Source: Scenedesmus sp. PABB004 (taxonomy: Eukaryota). From it: a DNA stretch of 20,000 nucleotides. How positions within the stretch are numbered: the first letter of the stretch is position 1; every line of letters begins with the position of its first letter. Positions 1-11,139 of this stretch are shown here, in pieces. The stretch is from the NCBI GenBank assembly GCA_014905635.1, contig JABVCE010000034.1, positions 295,183-315,182 on the forward strand, written 5' to 3'. A model generated the notes under the pieces. That model did no database searches and had not been told where the DNA came from. It worked only from the letters and a program-made list of their open reading frames with translations. Made by a program: the position numbers and the translations under genes.

Positions 1-3000
1 CGGCAGCGGCGGCGGCGGCGGAGCTGCCCGCCGCGCTGCCCCCGGCCTCGCCGAGCTGCGGGGCGGGGCGGGGCGCCTTGACGGCGTTGGAGAAAACGCC
101 GTAACTGACCACGAGCACACCACCGTCGCACGCCATCCAGCGCGCCACCTCGCCGGGCAGGTCCTTGCCGCTGTACGCCTGGCGCGCGCGCGCGGGCGCG
201 GGCGTGGGCGCGGCCGCGGGCGGCGCGTGAGCAGTGTGGACCGCGGCCACAGTGCGCGGCCCGCCGGCGTCGTCCGCGGCGCCGCGCGCGGCGCGGCGGC
301 GCACCGCAAAGACCTTGCCGCGCGTCAGGCGCGAGCCGTAGTAGTCGAGGCGCGCGCGCGCGTCGCTGCCGGGCGTGGGCGCGGGCGGCAGCCACTTGCA
401 GAACTCGTCCTTCCAGTTGCGCAGCACGTTGGTGGGCGCCACCAGCAGCGCGCGCCCGCGCCTGCGGCGGCGGCGGCGGCGCGCGTGCGGGCGTGCGCGT
501 GCGTTAGGCGGGGGGCTCAGGGCTCAAGCGGCCTGCCCGGCTGGCAGCGGAGGGGCCCCTTCCCCGCCCCCGCCCCTCCCCTCCCCACGGCTCAAATGCC
601 TCACATCTTCTGGAAGGCCAGGTAGAGCAGCACGACCGTCTGGAAGCTCTTGCCCAGCCCCATGCTGTGCGCGAGCACGCAGCCGCCGGCCGCGTCGGCC
701 TCGCCGCCGCTGGCGCCGCCGGGCTGCGGCTCAGCGTCGTCGTCGACGCTGCGCGGGCCGCCGCCGCCGCCGCCGTCGCTGCCGCCGCTGGGTCGGTGCC
801 GCGCCGCGTCGGCGGCGGGTGCGTGCTGCACGACGAGGACGTCCCACATGAACCGCAGGCCGGCCACCTGGTGCGGCTTGAGCACCTGCGACGCAGGCCG
901 CACGCCCGGCGTCCACCAGCAGCTCGGCAGCCAGGGGTTCTGCGGCGGCGGCGGCGACGGGGCGCGACGGGGCCGGGGTCGGCGCGGCGCGGCACGGCGC
1001 GGGCGAGCGCCGGACAGGTGCTGCCGGCTGGGCCGAGCCGGGCGCGCATGGCGCGCACCAGCGGTCCCGGAGGCCGGTCGTCGAACAGCGTCGCCATGCC
1101 CTCCTCGCCCATGCCCGCGCCAGGCTCCTCGTCCTCCCGCAGCGCCGGGACGCTGCTGCGCAGGGGCGCCTCCGAGTCGCTGGCAACCTCCTGCTCCTCC
1201 TCCTCGCTGCTGGGCGCCAGCGTGGGGTCGTCCGAGCTCGGCGCCGCCGCACGGGAACCGGGCTCGCCGCCAGCCTCGGACAAGCGGCTGCGCCCACGCG
1301 GCTCCTGCGCCAGGCTCCTGCGCCAGCCCTCGTCCGAGCCCTCCGACTCGTAGCCGCCGGCCGCGTCGCGCCCCAGGCTGCGCCGCGCCTGCTTGCGCGC
1401 GCGGCCGTCGCCGTTCTGCTGCCCGCTCGGCGCAACAGCATCGCCAGTCACGGTGCCGCCGCCGCCAGTCCCGCCCGCCACGCTGTCGACACAGCGTGCG
1501 AGGCCGCGCGGCATGGCCAGCTGCGCCGCGGCCAGCAGCGCGTCGCTCGCCGCGGTGGCCGTGGGGCGGCGCGCCAGCTTGCGCGCGATGCGCGCGGCCG
1601 TGTCCCGCGCTAGCTCCCTGGCCACGCCGCCGCGCTCGCGCTTCGGAGCCCAGCCCAGCGCTGCGAGCCAGGCTGCGTGCTCCGCACCGAGCGCCGCCCG
1701 CACGGCCCGCATGGCAGTGAAGCAGCGCAGCCTGGCCAGGCGCCGCCAGCTGCCCCGCGCGACCACACTGCCGCCGCCTGCTTGCTCGCCGTCGCCGCCA
1801 GCGGCGGCGCTCGTGGACATCTCGCCCTGCTGCCTCCAGTGCAGCATGTGCCGCAGCCAGGGGCGCCGCGCGTCCGTCAGCTGCGACCACGTGATGCGCC
1901 GCACTTCGCCCGCGCCGCCCAGCAGCAGCAGCTTGAGCGCCACCGCCTCGGGCGCGGGCGCCTCGTGCACCGCGCCCACGCTGCGCCTGGAGAGCGCGGG
2001 CGAGAGGGCCACTGCCTCGGCGCTGCCCTGGGCGTGGCTCGGCGCACCGGCGCCGTCGGCTGACACCGCCGCGAGGGCTGTGAGCGCCGCGACGGCCCCG
2101 TCCAGGCTGACGCGGCCGTCGGCCCGCGCGTGCAGGCTGGTGGCGCGCATGTGCGCCAGCACGTCAGCGGTCAGGCCCGGGCGCGTGACGCTGGTGTGCA
2201 GCACGAGCGCAGGCTGCCACACAACGTTGTCGTTGCGCTGGCAGCGACACTCCAGCAGCAGCCCCGGGCGCAGCAGGCGGCACAGGAAGGCGACGCCCTC
2301 TGCGCTGCCAGCCCCGGCGGCGGCGGCGTTGGCGGCGTCGGCGCCGCCGAGCTGCTCCCGCCAGCGCGCCACGGCCGCCGCCGGTATGAGCTCTGTCAGC
2401 GCGGGCGGCGGCGCCGGCCGCACACTGCCCAGAGCGACCTGCGCAGGTGGCGCGCAGGGTGCGTCGCTGAGCAGCGGGCGCGGTCGCAGCCACTCGGAGC
2501 AGTGTGCAGCCTCGGCGCGGCCGCGCAGCCAGCACCGCCGCACCCGCTCGACGGGTCCGCTGCGGGGCTGCAGGCACGCGCTGTCCCCGCCTGGCTGCAC
2601 CGCCACCACCTGCTCTGCCTCGCCCCACACATGCCAGGAGGGCCACGGCGCCGCGGCGACCGTCGTCGCGCGCTGCACCTCACAGCGCTGATACAGCGCC
2701 AGCACGCCAGGCAGCGACTCGGGGTCCTGCGACCGAGGCGGGAGGGGTCGGCGGCGGCGGTGGAGGCCTGCTGAGCTCGGGGCTCGGCGGGCGGCGGCGC
2801 CAGGTCCGCGGCCCCACCTCTGTCACCAGGGGCGAGTAGACCGACGCTGTGTGCGGCTCCTCGCTCCCCGCCTCCTCCTCGTCCAGCGCCTCTGCCTCGT
2901 CCACCTGGCGCAGCGCTGTGGGCGACGCCTCTGACAGCCGCTGCTGTGCGTGGTCCTCCGGGCCGCTGCGCAGAGTCGCTGCCCCAGGGCTGGCCTCGCC

Positions 3001-5347
3001 ATCGAGCTGCTGATGCTGAGGTGGCCCGCGCTGCCCTTGCGTGGGCGCCGCCTGCTGCTGCAGCAGCCGCTTCTGCAGCCGGCCGGGCTGCAGCACCTGG
3101 GTGGTGCCCGTCGCAAGCTGCGCGCCATTCCAGGCACGGCTGTCCCCGCGGCTGCCACCACCGCCACCGTCGCCGCCGTCGGCGGCCTTGCCGCTGGGGC
3201 TGCTGTCGCCGCTGCGCTCCCCTGGCTCGCTGCCCGCTGCAGCTGCCGCTGCTGCTGCGGCAGCAGGGGCGGCAGCCACCGGTGCGTCTGCCCCGGCGCG
3301 GTCGGCGCTGGCCGCTGGCGGTGCGGGCTCCGGCGGGCGCGGGAGCTGCACGACGCTGAGCACGTACGCCGCGCCCTCCTGCAGCTCCACCCACAGCTTC
3401 AGCGCCTACACGGGGCGGCGTGGGCCGCAGCGCGGCGGTCCGCAAACGTTGGACCAGCGCGCGCGTGGGCGCGTGGCTGCCGCCTGCGCGGCGCCTACCT
3501 CGCTGCGCTGGGCGCGGTGCGCCCGGTAGTTGCCCAGGTTGTCGACGTTGGCCACTGCCATCTCGTGCACGCCCGCCTCCAGCTTGGCGCGCCGCTCCAC
3601 GACCAGCGCCTCCCACTCCGCCACGTGCGCGCGCTGCCTGCGGCGGCCAAGCGGGGTGCAGCCGACCCACCGTCAGCAGCAGCGCTCAGCGGGGCAGCGG
3701 CCCGCTGCCGCAGCCCTGCCAAGTGCCAGCATGCCGCGCCCACGCTCACTCATGCCAGATGTCGGCCGCTCCGGCGACCAGCTTGGGCAGCTCTGCGCCC
3801 CGCCAGGCGTCGGCCAGGCGCTGCACGTCTGCGCGCACCAGCTCCAGCGCCTCCTGCAGCAGCGGGCCGCCAGGCCTCGAGCCAGGCGCGCCAGCGCCTG
3901 CTGCAGCGCCCGCTTGGACGCCCAGGCCGTCACCAGCAGAGGTCGCGCGCAGGCCCGCCAGCAGGCCGCTCAGCTCGCTGTGCCGCGAGCTCAGCGCGGC
4001 GCCGTGGTGGCCCTGCTCGTCGCCGCCGCTGACCTCCAGCGCGCGCTCCGCAGCGGAAGGCTTGCGCTGCGGCATGGCCGTCTTGCGCCTGCGCGGCGCA
4101 CAGCGTGGCGGGCGCGTCAGCAGCGCCAGGCCACGCTGCATGAGCGGGCGCGCCCTCGCCCGGCGCGCGCGCGCGCCGTGCCTGTGGCCGCTGGCCGCCT
4201 CGTCCTGCGCGGCGGCGCCCTGGGCCTCGGCGCCCTCGTCGCCGCCCTGCGCCCCGCTCGGCGTGCCCAGGTCACTCCAGCTGACGCCCTCGCCGTCGGC
4301 ACTGCCTGCTCGCGCTGCAGCGGGCGCTCGCGCCTCCTCTGCCGCCTCCTCGTCGCCGGCGAAGCTCCAGCCGAGCCGCCGCCGCATGTGCCCGAGGTTG
4401 CACAGCACCCAGCTGGCGGCGTCGTGCAGGTGGTCGCGCAGCTCGGCGGGCGACGACAGCTCCAGCGGCCTGCGCCGCACCGGCGGGCGTGCGGCCGTCG
4501 TCAGCCGCAGCGCCGGGCGCCGGCGCGGCGCGCGCGGGCGCGCGTGCTGGGCGCCGGGCAGCGCGCCGCACAGGGCATTGTTCAGCGCGAGCACGCCGTC
4601 CTCTGTGGCCTCGAGGCTGGGCAGGTCGTTTATGAAGACCGCCAGAGTGCGCCGACCGCGCGGGCTGCCTGTGCGCGTGGCGCGGAGGGCGCGGAGCGCA
4701 GCGGCGCATGGCGTCAGCGGCGCCGCCGGGCGCCGGGTCGGGAGGATGGCGGTCGGCCCACCTGGGTGCGCCACGCGAATGATACCGGTGTGCGTGTCGT
4801 TGGGCCCCGCCGCAACGTCGATGCCCCGCGCCGCGGCCGCGGCGGCGACCGCCGCCTCGTCGCCGGAGGCAGGCAGCGCGGCCGCGGCTTCCGCGCCGCC
4901 GCTGCCCGCGTCGCTGCCCGCTGCGCCGGCGCTCGTGATAGCGCCGTTGCTCGAGTCGCCGCCACCGGCAGCGCCGTCGCTGCTGCCTTGCGCTGTGCTG
5001 CCGTCCGCGCTCCGGTCCTCACTGGCCCCCAGGTTCTCGAACGCCGGCTGCTGCGGCTGCCGCCGACTGCCGGCCTGCTCGTGCGCTGCCTGCTGAGCCG
5101 CGCGCGAGGGCGGCGCCGCGCTGGCAAGCACCGGCGCGGGCGCGCGGAGGTTGGCATCCTGCAGCTGCAGGTGCCAGGGGCCCGCATGAGGCCGCGGCTC
5201 GAACTCGCCCAGCAGCTGCGACAGCGGGTCGAGCGCCGGCGGCGGCAGCGGCAGCGCTGCACCGCCGCCAGCCTCTGCACGCAGGCGTTCGACCTCCTGC
5301 GTGAGTGCCTGGAGGGCGGCGCTCACCAACGCCAGCCGGCCGTCCAT
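1..5347 (-). CDS. ATRX/ARIP4-like SNF2-family chromatin-remodelling helicase, 3'-partial (runs off the window start). Modelled exons (minus): 5347-4762, 4668-4572, 4469-4182, 4088-3750, 3637-3499, 3405-2818, 2726-2544, 2438-1059, 939-605, 461-305, 178-1
   Basis: The spliced translation gives SNF2 motifs typical of the ATRX/Rad54-like group: LKPHQVAGLRFMW (Q motif), GCVLAHSMGLGKSFQT (Walker A), LLVAPTNVLRNWKDEFCKW (motif Ia) and W..DGGVLVVSYGVF. All 10 introns have phase-compatible GT/GC..AG ends. The start ATG (MDGRL, 5347) and the N-terminal exons are less certain than the helicase exons. Confidence 0.85.
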
Positions 5348-5679
5348 GTTCGTGAGCTCGTGAGCGCGCGCCGCCACGGACGAGCAGCGCTGCTCGCGGC
5401 GTCGCGCTGCCGGCCCCGGGAGCGGGCGCGGCGGCCCTGCCACCGCCCAGTCATGCGGCGCCACGCGCGGGCAGCCTCATGCCGGCGCCGCGCAGGGGGC
5501 CAGCGCGCGCCACGGCTCGGCGGCCGCCGCAGCGCCGGCACTGGCGCAGCTGGCGGTCTCGCGCCCCCGCGCCGCCGCGGCGCTGCCCGAGCTTCGGCAC
5601 AACACTGTCACCGCGGGCGGGAGCGGCAGCGGGCTGGCCAGCTGGCGGCGGCGCAGGCGCGTGCTTTGAACCGCAGACG

Positions 5680-7069
5680 TCACACCACGGACGACCGCGG
5701 CGCGGGCACCGACGTGCGTGCCAGCAGCGCCTCTGCCGCGCGCACCGTCGCCGCCGCGCTGCCGTGCACCTGCTCCTTGATCATCAGCATCAGCGCCGCG
5801 TTGAGCGCGGTTTGCGCCAGCTTGGCCTGCATGCCGCGGTACAGGCCCGCCAGCCCCTCCTCGCGCACGATGCGCCGCAGCGCGTCCGCCGCGCCGGCGT
5901 AGCGGTGCTCCGGCGCCGAGTGGCTGCCCGCTGCCTGCAGGCGGCTCTTGACCACGATCATGGGGTAGGTCGCGACCGTGGCGAGGATCTTGGCGCCCGC
6001 GCCCAGCAGGAACACCTCGCCCGGCTCCAGCTTCACGCGCGACCCGCCGCGCCGCCGCGCCTTGGCCGCGACCGCGCGCGCCGTGAGCGCCTCAAACGCC
6101 ATGTACTGCACCGCCGGGTTGACCACCAGCGCCAGGTTGGGCAGCACGCCTGCGCGCGCGGCGGCGCGGCGCCGCGCCGTCGGCCTGGGCCTGGGGCGCG
6201 GCGCGCGCGGCCGCGCGGCAGGCGCGGCGGCGCAGCTGGGGCCCGCGCGCGCGCGCGCGCTCGCGCACCGCGCCAGAAGCCCAGCGGGCCGTCCTCGCGC
6301 CACACCGCCACCGCCACGCCGAGCGCGTCGCTGCGGATGTGCTCGCTCGGCGCGCCCGCGGCCACGAGCTGGCGCTTGAGCGCCGCGCGCGCCTGCATCT
6401 GCGTGGCCACGACCTGGGCGGGCGAGGTGGCGAGCATGTTGATCGCCCCCGCCAGCGCCGCGACGCCGAGGCTCGCCGCGACGCCGATGTCCTCGCGCCG
6501 CGCGGCGGCGCCCGCCACCGGCGGCTGCCCCCGCCGCGCGCGCAGCGCCGACACCGCGGCGCCGCGCAGGAGGCTGTAGAAGTAAAAGTAGATCTGCAAG
6601 GGGGAGGAGGGCGGGCCAGGGGGGCGGGGTCAGGGGGCGCGCACGCCGGCGCACGGGCTCAGGGGCCCGCCGCGCCGCGCGGCGCGCCGCCGGGAGCCGC
6701 GCCGCGCGCCGCCCGCGCCGCACCGCGTTGGACGCGGTCGTCTCGACGGCCGCCGGCTGCAGGCCCGAGTAGAGCGCGCCCAGCGACGGCAGCAGCGCGC
6801 GCAGCAGCGCCGCCGGGTCGCGCAGCAGCGCGCCGCGCTCCGCGGCGCTCAGGCGGCGGCCCTTGGCCTCCTGCATGCGGATGGCCTGCAGGGTGTATAT
6901 CTGCGGCGGGCACGCGGCGGCGCGGACGCGGCTGCTGCGTCAGCGGGCGGCGGCGAGCGGCGCGGGCGAGGGGGCGGCGGCGCACCGTTTTCAGCGGGTA
7001 CGTCGCCACCAGCGCCGCCAGGCTGCCCAGGCCGCCCGCCACCGCCTCCACGGCCGCGCTGGAGGCCAT
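5680..7069 (-). CDS. Mitochondrial carrier family protein, peroxisomal NAD/adenine-nucleotide carrier type (PXN/PMP34/SLC25A17-like), ~351 aa. Exons 7069-6986, 6900-6724, 6593-6269, 6149-5680
   Basis: Three carrier repeats: AVAGGLGSLAALVATYPLKT...LYSGL; AGAINMLATSPAQVVATQMQ...GFWRGVLPNLALVVNPAVQYMAFE; FLLGAGAKILATVATYPMIVVKSRLQ...EEGLAGLYRGMQAK. IYFYFYS and NPAVQY are characteristic of the peroxisomal subfamily. Three GT-AG introns preserve frame. ATG context is CAAAAATGGCC. Confidence 0.92.
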
Positions 7070-7571
7070 TTTTGCCACGCCGCCACCGCCGCTGCTGCCG
7101 CGCTCACTGCCGGCCGCTGGGGTGCGGAGTCGCGCGCGAGGCGGGCGAGCGGCAGTGCGGTGTCGGGGGTGCGGTCGAGGTGTATCGGGGGCGCGGCGCG
7201 ACGGCCGTGATGACGGCCGACGCAACCGTCATCGCGCCCGCTCCGCTCCCTGCTCGTTCCACAGTCACGCAAGGGCGATCGTCCCACCAGGCCCGCGCAC
7301 AGGCGTGAAAGCTCGGCCGCGCGGCCAGGCGCGCGCGAGCGAGCGCGGCGGCGGCAGCAGTCGCTCGACGGCGGCGGGCGCCCGCAGTCCGCCGACCGCT
7401 GCTGCAGGCAACACCAGTGCCTGCCTCCCCGCTGAGCTGCTCCACCAGGCGGCCACCGGCGGGCAACGCAACGCCGGCGGCCGCCGCGGCAAGCGGGCGA
7501 GCGGCCGAGCAGCAGCGAGGGCGGTGGCCGAGCAGCAGCGAGGGCGGTGAGAGAGTCCCTGCGGAGCGCAA
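7070..7571. promoter_or_regulatory. Divergent (head-to-head) promoter/5'UTR region shared by the carrier gene and the WDR91-like gene
   Basis: The two ATGs point away from each other with 502 bp between them. The region contains an inverted TGACG dyad (7206-7236) and a 23-bp tandem duplication. Confidence 0.6.
7503..7548 (+). repeat. Perfect 2 x 23-bp tandem repeat (GGCCGAGCAGCAGCGAGGGCGGT)
   Basis: Identical units at 7503-7525 and 7526-7548, just upstream of the WDR91 ATG. Confidence 0.95.
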
Positions 7572-10226
7572 ATGGACGCGCTCCCCTACACCGACGCGCT
7601 GGTCAAGGAGTACCTGCTGTTCCGCGGCTTCACCGCCACGCTCGACGCGTTTGCGCGCGACGCGGCGTCCGACCCGGCGGCGGGGCTGCAGGCGGAGGCC
7701 ATCGCGGCGCACGTGTTTAGCCGCCTCATCCCCGCCCACGACCCCGGCGCGCTGGTGGACTTCCTGGAGAGCCTCGACGAGGGGTGCGGCGGCGGCGGCG
7801 TGGCCGCGCGCGCCGCCGCGCCCGCCGCTGAGCGCGGTCGCCGCCGCCGCCGAGCGCGGGCGCCACAACAACGCCTCAACACCACTCTGCTGCGCAGGCT
7901 CTACTCGCGCCTCGACGCGCGCTTTGAGCCGCTGGTCGCGGCGGTGGAGGCCGACCTGCTGCGCGCCTGCCTGGCGGCGTGCGCGGCCGCCAAGCGCCAG
8001 GACCGGGTCGCCGAGTTCTTCCGGCGCTTCGGCAGCCAGCTGCTCGCGAGCGCCGGCGCCGGCGCCGGCGGCGCGGACTGGCGGGACTGGCTGGCGCTGC
8101 CCTACCTCGACGCGCCGGCGCGGGACCGGCGCTTCGCGCTCTACTTCAGCGCCGAGTGGCGCGCCGCGCTGGAGGCGTCGTTTGTCAACTTCCTCGCGAC
8201 CGTCATGCGCGCCCTGCCGCTGCCGGCGCTGCTGCGCTTCAACACAGACCGCCGGCTGCGCCTCGCGCTCGCGCAGCAGGTGGCCGCGCTGCAGGCCGAG
8301 CTGGACGCCACCAAGCGGCAGCTCGCGGACGCTGCGTTGGCGTTGGAGCAGCAGCGGCAGGGGCTGCCGGCCCAGCACAAGCGCGAGGCGAGTTTGGGGG
8401 AGTGGCAGACGCAGCAGGCGCAGCTGCAGGCCCAGCTGCAGGCGCAGCTGCAGGCGCAGCTGCAGGCGCAGCAGCAGGGGCAGCAGGAGCGCGAGCGCAG
8501 CGGGCAGCCACCTGCAGGTGGGGGCCTCTTCCAGCTGCTGCCAGCGGCGGGGGCCGCGGGCGCCGCGCCGCCGACAGGGTGTGAGCCGGCTGGCGCCGGT
8601 GGCGAGCAGCAGCAGGTGCCTGCGCTCCAGGCCGTGCCCCAGCGGCTGAAGCACACCCGCGTCGCGTCCACAGCGGGCATCAGCTTTGACGCAGGGCGCG
8701 CGAGCGAGCCCTCGCCGGACAGCGCGGCCGCCGGCGGCGACGCGGCCCGCGCAGAGGAGCCGCCGCCGGGCGCGGGCGGCGCCCCCGTCCCCATCCCGGG
8801 GCCGAGCCCGCGCGGCGTCGGGGGCGCGCCCGCGCTGTCCAGCTCGCCGGTGGTGATGTCGTGGGCGGCTGGCATGGGCACCAGCAGCGGCATGCGTCCG
8901 CGCCACAACGCTCCGGGCGGCGGCGCCGGCGGCGATAATGGCGGCAGCGCCGCGCCCGGCGCTGCGCCCCTGGACGCCGCCGCGCCCGAGGCGGTCGCGG
9001 CACTCGCGCTGCTGCCGGGCCCGCTGCGCTGCAGCGTCTCGGTCGCGACGCACGAGCAGGCGGGCGGCGCGGGCGAGGGCGGCGTGGCGTGCGTGGCGTT
9101 CTCGCCGGCGGGCACCAACGTCGCGAGCGGCAGCTGGACCGGAGCGGTGGACATCTGGAGCCCGCCCGGCGGCCTGCCCGGCAACGCGGCGCGGCACGCG
9201 AGCATGGCGTGCGGCGCGGCCGTGAGCGCGCTGGCGTGGGAGCCGCGCGCCGACAAGCTCCTGCTCGTCGGCTGCGGCGACGGCGGCGTGCGCGCGTGGC
9301 ACGCCAACACGCGGCGCGTCATGGGCGACGTGGCAGGAGAGCCCGGCCACTGGGTGGTCGGCCTCGCCGCCAGCCCGACGGAGCCGACGCTGGCAGTGGC
9401 GTCCAACAGCGCGCCGCCCGGCCGGGGCGGCGGCGGCGGCGGCGCGCCGGTGAGCGGGCGGCTGGCGTGCTTCAACCTGCGCTCCCTCGCGCGCAGCGCC
9501 CTGCTGGCGCTCCCCGGCAACGTCGCCCTCGCGTCGCTCTGCTTCAGCAGCGCCGGGCAGCTCGCCGTTGGCACCTCCGGGGGCGGCGCGCTCGTCTACG
9601 AGCCGGGCCGCACCGCCCCGCTGCAGCGCTGGCAGGTCGCGCGCGGCGGCGACGCGGGCGTGCAGGTGGCGTGGCGCGGCGGCAGCGTGCTCACCCTCTG
9701 CGCCGGCGTGCTGTGCGAGTGGGCGGTCACGGGCGACGGTCGCGGCCCGCTGCTCGCGCTCGACGTCACCGCGGCGGCGGCGGCGGCGGCGCTGCAGGCG
9801 CACGGCGACGACGGCGGCGACAGCGGCGAAGGCGGCGACGGCGGCAGCGGCGGCGCCGGCGGCGGCGACGGCGGCGGCGACAGCGGCGGCGGCGACGCCG
9901 CGCCTGCCTGGCAGTGCTGCTGCGCGCCGTCGCCAGACGGCAGCCAGGTGGCGGTGCTGTGTGCGGCGGCGCGGCGCGGCGTGCTGCTGCTGTACGACCT
10001 GCCCGCGCAGGTGCCTGCGCAGCCAGGCGTGCCGCCCGAGGCGGTGCCGCCGCCGCAGGCGCTGCTCGTCAGCGCGCGGCTGGCGGCGGGCGGCGCGCCG
10101 GGGCGTGGCGGCTGCGTCGCGTGGCACCCGGCGGCGGCCGCACTGGTCGTGGGCTGCGGCGCGACCAGCTCGAGCCTCGTTGTGCGGCTGTCGGACGCGG
10201 CGGCGGGGGATCGCGCGGCGGCGTGA
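7572..10226 (+). CDS. WDR91: WD repeat-containing protein 91-like (N-terminal LisH/CTLH-like region, coiled coil, C-terminal WD40 propeller), ~846 aa. Exons 7572-7783, 7898-10226
   Basis: The N-terminus D.LVKEYLLFRGFT.TL..F, W.DW.ALPY...P..D..F..YFS.EW...L..S..NFL and P.PALLRF match the WDR91 family. WD repeats follow (CVAFSPAGTNVASGSWTGAVDIWS; ALAWEP...LLLVGCGDGGVRAW). One in-frame 114-nt GT-AG intron (7784-7897) is inferred. Confidence 0.88.
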   Translation: MDALPYTDALVKEYLLFRGFTATLDAFARDAASDPAAGLQAEAIAAHVFSRLIPAHDPGALVDFLESLDEGCGGGGVAARAAAPAAERGRRRRRARAPQQRLNTTLLRRLYSRLDARFEPLVAAVEADLLRACLAACAAAKRQDRVAEFFRRFGSQLLASAGAGAGGADWRDWLALPYLDAPARDRRFALYFSAEWRAALEASFVNFLATVMRALPLPALLRFNTDRRLRLALAQQVAALQAELDATKRQLADAALALEQQRQGLPAQHKREASLGEWQTQQAQLQAQLQAQLQAQLQAQQQGQQERERSGQPPAGGGLFQLLPAAGAAGAAPPTGCEPAGAGGEQQQVPALQAVPQRLKHTRVASTAGISFDAGRASEPSPDSAAAGGDAARAEEPPPGAGGAPVPIPGPSPRGVGGAPALSSSPVVMSWAAGMGTSSGMRPRHNAPGGGAGGDNGGSAAPGAAPLDAAAPEAVAALALLPGPLRCSVSVATHEQAGGAGEGGVACVAFSPAGTNVASGSWTGAVDIWSPPGGLPGNAARHASMACGAAVSALAWEPRADKLLLVGCGDGGVRAWHANTRRVMGDVAGEPGHWVVGLAASPTEPTLAVASNSAPPGRGGGGGGAPVSGRLACFNLRSLARSALLALPGNVALASLCFSSAGQLAVGTSGGGALVYEPGRTAPLQRWQVARGGDAGVQVAWRGGSVLTLCAGVLCEWAVTGDGRGPLLALDVTAAAAAAALQAHGDDGGDSGEGGDGGSGGAGGGDGGGDSGGGDAAPAWQCCCAPSPDGSQVAVLCAAARRGVLLLYDLPAQVPAQPGVPPEAVPPPQALLVSARLAAGGAPGRGGCVAWHPAAAALVVGCGATSSSLVVRLSDAAAGDRAAA
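8415..8471 (+). repeat. Coding 12-bp minisatellite (CAGGCGCAGCTG)n encoding (QAQL)4 in WDR91
   Basis: Visible tandem units; translation QAQLQAQLQAQLQAQLQAQ. Confidence 0.85.
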
Positions 10227-11139
10227 TCGCGCGCGGGGCAACTTGGTCTCGAGCACCACGGGCGTCATCGTGGCGGCCGGCGCGCGGCGTGACCCTGCGC
10301 CCCGCGCTGGGTTTTGCGCGCTCTGCGGGCGGCGCGCCCCGACGATCAGTGCGCCGATCATCGCCCGGCCTCCCCTCAGCACCGGCGCACGCAGCGCGGA
10401 GACAAGACATCACCCAGCGCAGCGGCGGAGCAGCGGCGCCTGCGCCGCCGGGAGAGAGCGAGGGCGGCCGCCAGCCCGCACTCTCCGGCGCGGCGGGGGG
10501 CCAACGCAACCGGAGCTTGCCGCAGGGCGCTCGTGCGGCAGCAGGCGCGGAGCAGGCTCGCCGAGCCTGCCTCCGTGAGCTCGGCGCGAGCCCGGGCGGT
10601 GCGGCGCCGGCTCGCGCGGCCAGGTGCGGATCGGGCGGGCGGGGGTGGGGCCGGGGAGCGCTGGCGCGGCGCACAGCAAGAGCACGCAGCCAGAGCACGC
10701 GCTCGTCCAGGCGGCCGCCAGGGGCCGCAGCCGCGCGCCTGCGGCGCTCTTTGGCGCGATTGAACGGGGGCTGGATGCCGGGGCGGGCGTCGGCGACGGA
10801 TCGGGGTGCAGCGCTGCCGGGCGGGCGCATCGCCCACCTTGCTGCCCGCCGTCTCGCGCGCAGGGCCGCGATCGTGCGCAACCCGCGGTGGTCGGCATCG
10901 AGTGGCGCCGCGGGCGTGCTCCTAGCAGAGCCCCGCTCGCTGGGGCGGGCGGAGCGGCGCGGCGCCGGCGTGCGCGGCAGCAGCGACAGCAGCGGCGGCG
11001 GCCCGGCCGCCAGCGGGCCTGCCCCCGGTCGGCGTGCCGGGGCTGCCGACCTCAGCAGCGGCCTCCGCATCAGGAGGGTGGCGATGCGCACGTGATCACG
11101 GCAGCAGATCAGTGACGGCGGCGCGGCGCGGCGGGCGCG

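Noticed and set aside
601..5464. Apparent frameshifts and premature stops suggesting a pseudogene or recoding
   Set aside because: Every frame change and stop (e.g. TGA at 603 and 3748, TAG at 3408) falls in a splice site or intron with matching phase.
3530..5902. 790-aa and 558-aa plus-strand ORFs opposite the helicase
   Set aside because: Antisense shadows of real minus-strand exons; low complexity and no motifs.
8388..8415. Strong-looking GC donor (GAG|GCGAGT) in WDR91
   Set aside because: The downstream sequence reads as continuous coiled-coil/QAQL coding sequence and no intron-like GC-repeat tract follows.
7104..10382. 1092-aa antisense ORF over WDR91
   Set aside because: Arg/Ala-rich shadow frame caused by very high GC and codon bias; no recognisable domain.
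10227..11139. Possible extra gene in the 900-bp spacer (several overlapping ORFs)
   Set aside because: No frame has protein-like composition or a convincing exon chain. It is more likely the WDR91 3'UTR plus the kinase promoter and 5'UTR.
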